From Antedon mediterranea (taxonomy: Eukaryota > Animalia > Echinodermata): a DNA stretch of 64,000 bases. The stretch is taken from NCBI RefSeq assembly GCF_964355755.1, contig NC_092679.1:4618201-4682200 (forward strand). The letters are read 5' to 3'. Shown piece after piece: positions 1 through 11,200 of the stretch (within the stretch, counting starts at the first letter, position 1; the number at the start of each line of letters is the position of its first letter). Below the pieces are notes generated by a model. It was given only the letters and a program-made list of their open reading frames with translations, did no database searches and had not been told where the DNA came from. The position numbers and the translations under genes are program-made.

Positions 1-744
1 AATAGCCACTGGCAAAAACGAATTCCTTTTCCGGTTTGTTCTACATGCCGGGCATCGAAAGCGACGCCCATGAGGCATGAGCTCGAAATCACTGAACAAG
101 GCATGGTTAATATTTTTTAGAATAGCTCTACTTTTTTCTAGAGTTTGCATGTCACAGAAAGAAGATAAGCTACGAAGTTGACAACCTATTTAATTTTTTA
201 TTCTATTTATTTACAAAAAGCTAAACAATAACATTCATAAATAAAAAAATTAAATATCATTTTTACTATTCAGTAGAATTAATACTAAATATCACATCTG
301 AAATTAACCAATCAGATAGTAAGGATACACTCAGGTGTTATGAAATACAAATATGAATTTTCATTTTTAAAAAAATTCATAATTTCCGTCAGTGAAATTT
401 AAGCAGGCTGTAAACGCATTACAATTCACATCCCGTAAGGTAATGCCTGTACTAAGCGCTTCATTAAATTCTTACTGTACACCACAGACATTTATAACAA
501 ACTTGGGTGTTAGATTTCACTGTTAACACTTTTTAAGCGAAATCATAACGACGGTGTCGGCATCCGCATTTGAAAGATACGCTTGACTTGTTTTGTTCAC
601 ACCTTTGCATCTCGAGAGCAATCATATTGTTTCTCCAAAAAAAAAAACCATGGCGATAGTAACACTGGTACAACAATTTAAAACACTCCACTTGGAAATT
701 ACGATTGCTATTACATTTCTACCACATCCAGCTCACTCAAGCAT

Positions 745-1440
745 ACTATGATATCCCGAATTTGGCACCAGATTTTGGTACAGAATGGTAGCCTGGCCTA
801 CACCCAAATGAAAAGCACTGAATTGTTGATATCTGAATCATTATTATGTTACAATCTTATTATATGGAAAGTCTACTGTATTCAACATACTGGATTTGGC
901 ACCAGATTTTGGTACAACTAGCCTACACCCAAATGTTGGCTGTAAGCCACTAAATCTTTGATATCTGAATCAGTTAAACTATTATGTTACAATCTCTTAT
1001 TATTATTATTAAATAATATGTATGAAGAATCTACTGTATTCAACATATTGGATTTGGCACCAGATTTTGGTAAGCATGGTAGCATGGCCTACACTTATAT
1101 TTTAGCTGCAACGCACTAAATTGTTGATATCTGAATTAGTTAAACTATTATCTCACAATCTCTAATTATTATGTATGAAGAATCTACTGTATTCAACATA
1201 TTGGATTTGGCACCAGATATTGGTACAGAATGGTAGCATGGCCTCCACCCAAATGAAAAGCACTGAATTGTTGATACTGTATCTGAATCATTATTATGTT
1301 ACAAACTATTATTTTACAATCTTTTATTATGTATGGAGAGTCTACCGAATTCAACATAATGGATTTGGCAAGAGATTTTGGTACACCTAGCCTACACCTA
1401 AATTACGGTTGTAACACTGAATTGTCGTTATCTGAACCAG
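745..1440. repeat. Degenerate ~120-160 bp tandem repeat, about 5 copies
   Basis: Recurring blocks ggatttggcaccagattttggtac / ttgatatctgaatca / tctactgtattcaacata within a RAD51B intron. Confidence 0.8.
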
Positions 1441-1716
1441 ACCCTATTTATTTTAAGTGTGCCCATGAAATTATGCAGATCAAATTTTAAAGAAAACATA
1501 ATTCTTAAAACATGTTAAATATGCCATTTCAATGTTACCTAATAGTTATCTACTTTGACCAAAAATTGAATCGAAAAGAAAATGTAGTTACTTAAAATAA
1601 ATTTACCTATTAATCTTTTTTTTCAAGTTTTTGGGGGACAATACATCTTTAATATGTGTTGGCAATGAATGAAAAATGGGCGGCAAAATATGAGCAAGAG
1701 TATAATTGTCACCAAC

Positions 1717-2966
1717 CTTGTAGCACTAAAGGCAGACTCGGTATCAATGTAGGCAACGGCGCCATTTAGGCCGCCACTCCTAGATGGCAGCATGGCCTGT
1801 ACCGTAAGCATCATACAAAACTGTGTCTTTCCGCAACCTGACGGGCCAGCAATCTGGAATAAATAATACAATAAAATCAATTCATCTATAAAAAATGGGC
1901 CAATACTGATATACACTATCAATCATTTTATAGATTTCTTAAATAAAAAAAAAGATATAAAATTAAAATGTGTATGTACATGCATCTTTGCGTAGAGGGA
2001 ATATACGTAGCTGGGGCTGATTTACCTCCGCCAAGGAGGTATATGTAATCGGTCGCGTGTGTTTGTTTTTTAGCAGGATTACTCAAAAAGTAATTACAAG
2101 ATCTTTACCAAAATGAATATACAGATAGATATGTGGTCAAGGACCATTCCATGGCACCATTTGGGACCATGGTCCCAATTCTGAACCGCTTTTTAGTATA
2201 CTTTTCAGACCTGCTAGTGTTAAAAGATAGGACAGAATTTTTCAAAAGCTGGCGAGCAGTCTTAAAGTAACAAGTAAACTGAAATTGCATTTTCTCAAGT
2301 TTTCTCTACTTGTCCAAAAAACTTAATTTTTGTACAAGAGGCAAGAGTTATAATTTGTGATTTGTAATTTTAAAACATAATTATTATTATAATTATATTT
2401 AATGTGCACCTTTTTTGATGTGAGTAGTTTAAAAACCTATTTCTTTTCAAATTCACTCGTTTCATTTTCGTGTTGCTGTTCTATTGTTAGTCAATTGAAG
2501 CTATTGTTAATTGAAAGGCTGGTTACATAACCATTACACCAAACTCGCATACACATGCTTGTTTGTAGTGAAATTAGCCAAAATCACAAACAGCATTAAG
2601 ACACACACAAATATATATATTTACAGAAATCTTATGTAGGAGAATTTTACAGTTAGGCGGATTTATGCACTCTCGGAGTGGCTTTCTAGTTCAGGATGTT
2701 TTAAACAGGGGAATTCTTTTTATGTATTTTAATAGTGTAAAAAGAAGTTCATAATTTAATTTTAGCGGTCAAAAGGGATGAGCATGCCTATAACGGCGGA
2801 AAATGTGTTTTTAAAATTCTTTTTCCCCCATTTTTTTTAATTTTCTTCCGTTTCTTTTTCGTATTTATATGGCGTTTTATTAATTTTGTAATATTAAAAA
2901 TTTGTGTAAAAACAATCAATGTTGATTGAACAAGTTATGCCGTACATCAATCTCGTGAATAAATAA

Positions 2967-3005
<39 letters not shown>

Positions 3006-5333
3006 TGTAACTGCCTAGATGCACCAGCAACTATTAAAAAAAGTTGAGTCGAGTGACAAAAGCATGCCCACCTCTGTGATAGTACCCACTTGTAGGCCTC
3101 CATGAAGGGCAGTGTCTATACTTTCCAGTGTTGTCGCAATATAACCAGGTTGATCCTGAGTGAACCTTTTCTTTAGCTGTAATGCCTAGAAGATAATAAA
3201 GGTGAATTTGATCATTTTATGAAGATAATTTTACAGATACATATCAGATTGAAATTTAATATTTTTTGTGACATTTAAAAGTAATTGAAGCATGAATCTA
3301 ATCAATTAAACTGTAGTGGAACCTTCATATTAAGGGGACACCTTAAGGACAAGACAAAGTGTTCTTTTATTAAAGGTGTCCCCTGAACAGGGGTTGCCAT
3401 AGTGTTAAAACATTGCCATTTGTTCGTTTCATGGGAAAATATAGCCTGAATAGCAGTGGGCCTCATTGTTAAAATTAACTCCTCGGTCATCTTAAAGGAA
3501 ATGTCCCCTGAATAGAGGTTGGCTGTAGTGCTGAAACATATGCCTTTTTTCAATAGGAAAGTGTCCCCTGATTAGGTGTTTTTTATATATTTAGGCAAAT
3601 TGCCAAGGATAACCATAAGCGAGTTCATTCATTATCCTTCTTAAAGGTGGCAATCCCGTTCACAAGACGAACATATACACACGATGCTGTACATAAACAA
3701 AGTCTTATTACAAGTCTTTGGGAGTGGCGTTGTAATTTGTCATTACAACAAAATTATGACACTGACAGGACTTAAACCCAGGACCCTTGGAGTGGTAGCC
3801 AAGTATCATAACCACCAAGTATTGGCCTTTGTTTGCTTCAAAGCTTCCTATTGTATAGCTTAAAACAATATTTTATACTTTGCTGAAATTTTAACAATAA
3901 TGTAGGATTAATATTAGATGTGGGTTTGAATGAGAAATGAAGGCGAGTGTTAGTTACACTTTTTTTGATTTGCTATATGTAACTAAATATGATCTTAACA
4001 ATTTCAATCCGATATATTTTCTTATTCTCAGAATTAATATTCGTTATTTTCAGCATGTATATGGCTTTTTCTATCATATCACTTTTGAAACAATTGCTAG
4101 ACTGAAAAGGCAATTAGTTTCGCAACAAATTTGACATTAGATTTTGGAAATTTGATATTACGCGGAGGAGGCCTATCAACACTAGGAGTTTTTTTTAACC
4201 TTACAGAGTTCAAAGTTTTTTTTAATATATATTTTTGTACAAGTATATAAAAGAACAGAACAATTATTTTTTAAACAATGTATATGATTGAGCAAGTTTA
4301 AACAAACTACTGACAAAATTTGATTATAAAAAATTAAAATATAATAATTTAAAAAAATGAAAATTGACAACCAACAAACTTATTTGATTTGTGCAGTCTC
4401 CTAAGGATGGACAACAGTTTTTTTTCCGGTAGGTCTGATAATATATATAATATTTCTGACTTAATGCAATGGTTAAAAAAAATTAATTGGAGGAAGCCCT
4501 CTCTGCTGTTAGCTCTGTCTACACTATCAAACAAGTTTGACCAAAAAAAGGGTGATGTACCCAAAAATGGTAGTGAGATGTCCAAATATGGTAGTAATAT
4601 GACATCATCATGTCCATATATGGGCACATCTAATTTTTCTTGCCATATAAAATTTGTTAGTAAAGACAGAGCTAGACTTTATGCTAAATAATGACTTATT
4701 TCTTACAGTTTGACTTTCTGGAGCGCATGCTTCACTGGTTTTCAGAACAACTTCTTCGACTTGTCGTAAACTCACACCTAAGATACTGAGCAACTCCACC
4801 GAATTCTTGCACAATAGGTCCTGTAAAAAGAAAATGGTTAAAAACATAGAAATACCATATAGGCCTATGTAAACGCTATATAGATGGATTTTATGCACAA
4901 CCAGAGTCACCTTGGATGATAAGGAGTTTCTGTAAATTGTTTTTTGTAGGTGGTTAATTTAACGTCTGAAAAAGGGATACGGCTATCACTATCAGTGTGT
5001 GTAGTTTAAGGTTATATATACGCATGATCGACTTTCCATCGCCACGGTTGATCAATATTTGGTTGTAAATTCATTGTTTCGTATCAGTACCAGCAATATC
5101 AGTTAAACCGCAGGGTACGTTATGTGGTTTGTGGATTTTTAAGACCATTTTTTTAACCGGGTGGTTTCACATCAATTTCTGTTGTATTTATCTTCACTTC
5201 CATACATCCGTATCTGGGCAGACTTGCTGCTAAAATAATATTTTAATACCTGGCAAGTTGTAATATTGTTCTTTAAAAGGTGGTCTACCAAGCTTTCTTG
5301 CAATCCTATTCTGTTGACCTTCTTGGAAGCCAT
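1717..5333 (-). CDS. RAD51B: DNA repair protein RAD51 homolog B, first four coding exons (gene continues off the left edge)
   Basis: GT-AG exons 5333-5250 (MASKKVNRIGLQESLVDHLLKNNITTCQ), 4820-4707 (DLLCKNSVELL...ACAPESQT), 3185-3072 (ALQLKK...LHGGLQVGTITE) and 1853-1717 (IAGPSGCGKTQFC...YIDTESAFSATR, Walker A). Sequence and intron positions match recalled vertebrate RAD51B (MGSKKLKRVGL...TCQ). An acceptor directly before the ATG implies an upstream non-coding exon. No further exon was recognised in 1-1716. Confidence 0.93.
2021..2691 (+). mobile_element. Helentron-associated non-autonomous element (HINE/DINE-like)
   Basis: 5' end ttacctccgccaaggaggt followed by a gtgtgtttgttt tract. 3' end ggcggatttatgcactctcggagtggctttctagtt has a subterminal inverted repeat, a small hairpin and CTAGT. 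This is the typical HINE layout. Confidence 0.6.
2971..3004. repeat. (TA)n microsatellite
   Basis: Perfect TA run. Confidence 0.95.
4511..4672. mobile_element. MITE family A (agctctgtctacact termini, Harbinger-like), degenerate copy
   Basis: Shares agctctgtctacactatcaaac and atatggtagtgatatgacatcatcatgtccatata with copies at ~26335, 46407, 49356, 58508 and 59728. Confidence 0.7.
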
Positions 5334-6585
5334 CTGAAACATAATAATAATATGTTTTGATTTGTTTGCTTCCAGGCTGACCAGTGTAGGCTCTGGACTG
5401 GTGGTAGGTAGTGCTTTATGCAGCTTAGGTCCATCTCGGCCGCCGTTTACAGAACACAATATTGTGTATGGAGGGCCAAAAGTAGTTATCGTAGTGAGAA
5501 GTGACGACATGTACAATGAATGATGATAACAATAATTTTGCACTGTATTTATTTTGATTTGAAAAGTCTAGAAAGTGCTGTGAATTAAAGAAAAAGAGGT
5601 CTCAAATAATTAAAAATTAGCCAGCTTTATAAATATTTATTATTATAAATTAATCGTAATATGCCTAGCCTACATAGAAGAGAAATTAACTAAGTAGTAG
5701 GACTAGTAGTAAAGAAAGTAGAACTAGGCCTAGGCCTAGCTAGTTTGGTGAGGCTAACCTAGTCTAGCTAGTAATAAGCTGAGTGAGGCAGCAGGCGTAT
5801 GATAGGCCTACCACATACTCATGCTATGATGGCTATGCAGTCCAGTCAGTAGTACAGTAGGGCCTATAGTAGTGTAGGCTAGCCCAGTAAGTGTAAAATA
5901 GCAGGCCCGGGCTTTTTGAGTTTTTTTGTTCGTTTGTTAGAATAACGACTTTAGCTACTGTTTAAAATAGTAAGAACCTCCTTTATCCATCCATTATTCT
6001 ACTATGAAACTACGTTAGGCTAGGCCTAGGCCTCACGTCACACGCACATAGCGGAAACATGTAATATGAGGAAAAAACATTTTTTGTAAATACCGCCACC
6101 AAATTTGTTCACTTTTTGATCGATAGGGGCAGCAAATAAAATTTTAGTTTTTTTTGTGTGCGTTTTAATTTAATGGTATATATTTTATCATAGAGAATCT
6201 ATGATTTAATTAAGTCTACTGTGTTACAAACAAACAAACAAAATAAAAAAATACAGTTGTTGTTTCAACGCGTTTTAATTTTGTTAGAAAGAGCTTCCTT
6301 TTTGGTATAATTATAACTATTGCGTTTACGTCCTTTTTATACTACATTATAAATAGAATTACCGATAAGCCTATATGTTAGTAAGATAGGACTATATTAA
6401 ATTAAGTTATTGATAATATCATAGAATTGATTCAGTTGCAACAGGAAATATACAAGACAGACTATGGCGCTTGATTGACAAGTTAATTGTATTAATTGGT
6501 GCGAGTGAACTAAATTGACTTGCCAAAGGATCTGGAACCACATAATGAATTATGATTATTATAAAATGACACTAATATACTTTTA

Positions 6586-6767
6586 AGCTTGGTTCCCACT
6601 AGAACGTAACGCAAGGACGTAAACGCAACGCAAGCTTTTTAACCACCAATGACAAGCGAAGTTATAGACAGTTAGCAATCACAAGCGAATAAGCCATTGC
6701 TTGTGATTGGTCAATTCACTTGCGTTGCGTTACGTCCTTGTGTTGCGTCGCCAGTGGGAACCACGCT
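6586..6767. mobile_element. MITE family B (PIF/Harbinger-like)
   Basis: TIRs agcttggttcccact / agtgggaaccacgct flanked by TTA...TTA; near-identical copy at 52922-53100. Confidence 0.85.
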
Positions 6768-7490
6768 TTACTAATGATGACTACTAAAAAGTATTACACG
6801 GCTGCAGTGATTCATATTCAAAACAACAAAAAGATAGACAATAGCTTACACTCCCTCCTAAATGAGGTATAATTCTATGTATTTTATCGAGGGTAGCGTG
6901 TTTAATCATGAATTTTTATATTATTTCAAATATTGTGATGGCGCTAGTAACACTTCGTTATGCATGATTAATTAATATAACGACGTAGTGCATAAGCATA
7001 ACGATTAATACTCCATTGTCAATTGTAACAAGCCAGAGATGAGTTAATAAAGTACAACATAATTTAGCTGATTGTTGTTAGTTTTAACTTTTCGTCAGAA
7101 GAGTATTGACCACGTCATAATATTCTATTAAAATGTTAAAGCTTTAACTTTGTTAAGCTATAATAATACATTCCATGAAGTCACCAATTGTGTGTATGAC
7201 GTCTAGCCTGAATAAATTAGCAATAACTGTGCTTTAATTGCATTTATTTTATACTATGCAAGAGAGACAAAAAAGATGGAAACCAGATAACTTCCTCAAG
7301 TGACGATCAAAAACAGGTAAGCTACATCCTCTAATTTAAATCCCAGGTCAGATAAGAAAGTGTTTTAATTAGACGATAATAATAGAGAATTTATGAAAAT
7401 AATAGTTGACATTGCCTACGTCACTGTCAACAGGATATTCAATAGTTATCCCAACTTAGATGTCTACTAATAAGCTGTCTGAATATCAAC

Positions 7491-7581
7491 TATAAAAACG
7501 AAACATCTTGAAAACCGTTTCATTTTTTATTTATAAAAACGACGTTCTGATCTGAAAACGCATTTTGAAGCTGAGGTGAGT
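7491..7581 (+). promoter_or_regulatory. Candidate TATA promoter and 5' non-coding exon of the lectin-EGF-phenoloxidase gene
   Basis: TATAAAA at 7491 and ~7533, a strong donor GAG|gtgagt at 7576, and an acceptor 4 nt before the ATG at 8229. Confidence 0.45.
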
Positions 7582-8228
7582 GTTTAGAAATATTATAGTT
7601 ACTATATAGGCTATCTAACTTAAAATGTTAGTAGCTATATTTTCTTTTGTTGCCCATTATTTAGATTTTCTGCTTTTTGATGTTGTGTCATGCTGTCCCG
7701 TCCGTCCAATCCTGATGTTCCATTTCGAGGGAGAGCTAGCTTATTGCTGAAATTTAGGCGATTTTCTAAAACTTTTTCTGCAGTTTTTTACTTGAAATTG
7801 GCCTGTGGTATATAAAATAGGCAAATACATTCGTAAAAATATAAGTGCAATATCAGAAACTTAACAGTTGTTACTTACCCGGCTCCAACCATGATGTGTC
7901 TGAGTTCTTAAGACTCTCACACCTCAAAAACTGTCCACGATAGTGTCACATATAACAAGCAATACCCTCCTCAAAATAATTAAAAACTAAAAAGCATTGT
8001 TCATCAATTATTCTTTGAATAAAATATGATGTGAACTATTTCTTAATCTATATCCGTACAGTAAACATATTGTAATGTGTGCCAACATATTTATATTTTT
8101 ACCAAATGCAGTATAAAACTAAGTTATGACTATGTTACTTCGTCACTATTCGCATAATCGGATATAAAATGTGGTAACATAATTGGTATCATTAGGCTTA
8201 ACAATTTGTTATTTCATCATGTAGGAAG

Positions 8229-11200
8229 ATGATACTGCTGTCTATCTTCGCTATCTTGTCTCTAACTGGAGAGGCAACGGCATGCTTCACGTGTCCACCG
8301 ACTTGGACGGCATTCGGCAACAGTTGCTATCGGCTGTTTCGAACCAACAGGAGTGTCAATTGGAACGAGGCTGTAGACCTATGCAGGTATAATTTATTCA
8401 TAACTATTTACCTCACTTTTCTCTAAATGGGGACTAAATCTTAGGCATATTCTCACTCTTTAGATTGTTTAATTTCTTAGCATCCAAACACAACTTGTTG
8501 TTTTTTGACTACGATTGTCTTTTTTGCGTTTATTTTCCATTATTTGGTACTATCAGTCGGTCTTCATATACGTATTTCATACCACCCCAAAAAGATCACA
8601 CGAGTAGGCCTATTATTTGATTAATTTTCTATCATAGATTACATGTAAATTGTGAAGAGATGTTAGAAGCAAAACTTGTGAAAATTGAAACATATGAAGA
8701 GAATAACTTCTTATCGCAATGGCTTTGGTCCGCGTACTACGCAATAAATACGTACGCATGGATTGGACTCCGGGAACACCAAGTGATAGGACGGCAGTTC
8801 TCGTGGCTCGACGGACAAAAGCTGGAGAGATACGCGTACTCAAATTGGAAACGTGAGGAGAATAAACCTTCTAGGACGCCGGGAGAATGCGTTTATATGG
8901 CAGTCGATACGGCGGTTGGATGGGAACGCGATTACGGAAACTGGAAAGATTATCCTTGTATCCATAAGGAACAGTGGCTGGAGTCGTACTTATGTGAGAT
9001 GCCAAGCTGTAGAACAGGTTAGACTATACATACTGATCAACACTCCTTTCGCCTGTCGATTTGATACGGGTGTAACCTCTTTTTCCAGAACCTGTCACTG
9101 CTGGTGTCCACCTTTGAAAATGAAAGTTCAAATAGGAACATTTGAACAGACAATCCCCTAAAGAAGCTTTTAACCAGTGCTACCAATAACATAAACTTCA
9201 TAGACTAGTTAAACTAAAATACAATGACCTCATTAAAAAGTTTATTCTGGCTATTGCCACGTACTCAGGTAACTGCGAACCGGTTGATGTTATCTGGCTG
9301 TAAGCCGGTGTGATATTTTTGATTAGGTAATTTAATTTAGATTCATATACACGTCATGGACATATTATTTATGTCATGCGGAGAATAAAATAAATTAATC
9401 TTTTTCCTACTTTTACTTTGCTAATTATTTTAATGATAGGACAAACTGATTTTCTGAACGGTGTGGAAGCACAAAGACCAAATGACGCCAGTTGTCCCGA
9501 AGGTAAGTTCACAAGAATTCAGGCTTAGTTTTACCCGGTTAAACTGGTGACCTACCTACGAAAGTAAACGATAATTGGCCCATTAATCCACCTTACCTGG
9601 GTATAAATATAAATAACTAAACCTAAATAGGTAATATCAATTTAACATATTTTGATTGGACAGAAGTTTATGACGTAATATTATTTATTTTGAAAAAAAT
9701 AACAAATTTTTCCAAAAACACTCCCATTTTTCTTTTAGCTCTTAAATGTTCAGATCGTCCGTGTTTAAACGGTGCTACTTGTTCAGACGACGAGCCACAG
9801 GGCTACGTATGTCAATGTCAAAATGGATACATAGGAAAACATTGCGAAAAAGGTAGGCTAAACATTATTAAAACTTCTCTTACGCAACTAATGTTCACTA
9901 TAAACACACGGTTACACGTAATACACTGCATCCACTGTTTCAATGTATAGTATTAAGAGAAGGTTATCTAATTATCGTTTCTTTATTCAGATATTGACGA
10001 ATGCTCTTCATCTCCGTGTCTAAACAGTGGTTCATGTGAAGATGGAGAAAACGGTTACATCTGCGCATGTTCGAACATGTATTCTGGCGATAATTGTGAA
10101 ATACGTACGACATTTCGGGATTGTACCAGATATTATTCAAGATTTCTTCTGAAATCAAGTGTTCCATCCATGCATTGGCTTCCATTCAAGTTTTTTTTTT
10201 CTGTTTTTAAATATTACATTTTGTTTGTATATTTTCATACATTAAATATTAAAAGTGACTGAGAAAAATATATCATATCAATAATATTTTTCTATTATAA
10301 TTGCTTTCTACAGGTTTGACAAAAAGAGGAAGTCAGCAGCAGCAAGTGTTAGAACTTTTAACAAGACCAATCCCTTCAACAACAAACAACGACTCGCTAC
10401 CGGTACCACTCGGTGTTGGTGTTCTACCAAAGAATCAGCAATTCTCCGTGTTTAGTATCTCACACAACGAAGAAGCACGAGCAGCTATCGAGTTTATCGA
10501 TAAAGCGCCTACGTTTGAACAGGCGATTGGAAGGGCAGCGGCACTGCGAGGTCAAATGAATGAAGAAATGTGGATGCTTGTTGCTGCAAGAGGTCTTGAG
10601 AATCGGAACGATCTCGATGGAAGCTTAGTTCTCCCGCCAATGTTTCAGATTCTCCCGACCAGTTTCTTCAGCAAAGATACAATTGAAAACTCAATCACCA
10701 AGACACAAAGTGCATCTCCTACTAATACCACAAACGATGTCGAGAATGTTATTTCGAAAGATACATCAATGTTTAATAATATAGCTGATATCCCGATGGC
10801 TACGGAAGCAGTACCATCATGGGGAGCAGGTGAGACGGAGCACTACTGCACATCCGATCCAGACGATGAGATCTTGTCACCTCGCGATGCCGAATCATTG
10901 TTATCTTGGTGGAGAGAAGATGTCAGACTGAACTATTTTCATTATCAATGGCACTCTCAGTTCCCGCCAAGTGGTACCGGTTCCCGCCCTTTTGATCGTC
11001 AGGGTGAGCTGTTCTACTACATGCACCAGCAGATGCTGGCACGGTACGATGTTGAAAGACTAGCTGTTGGGTTAAGTCTTACACATCCTTTAAGTGATTG
11101 GAAGTCACCTATCATTGTAAGTAAACATTAATGATAAAAATATTAATTGGAAAATTAAAATCAAAAAGTGTTAGGTTCATCAACACATGGCTCAGTCCTC

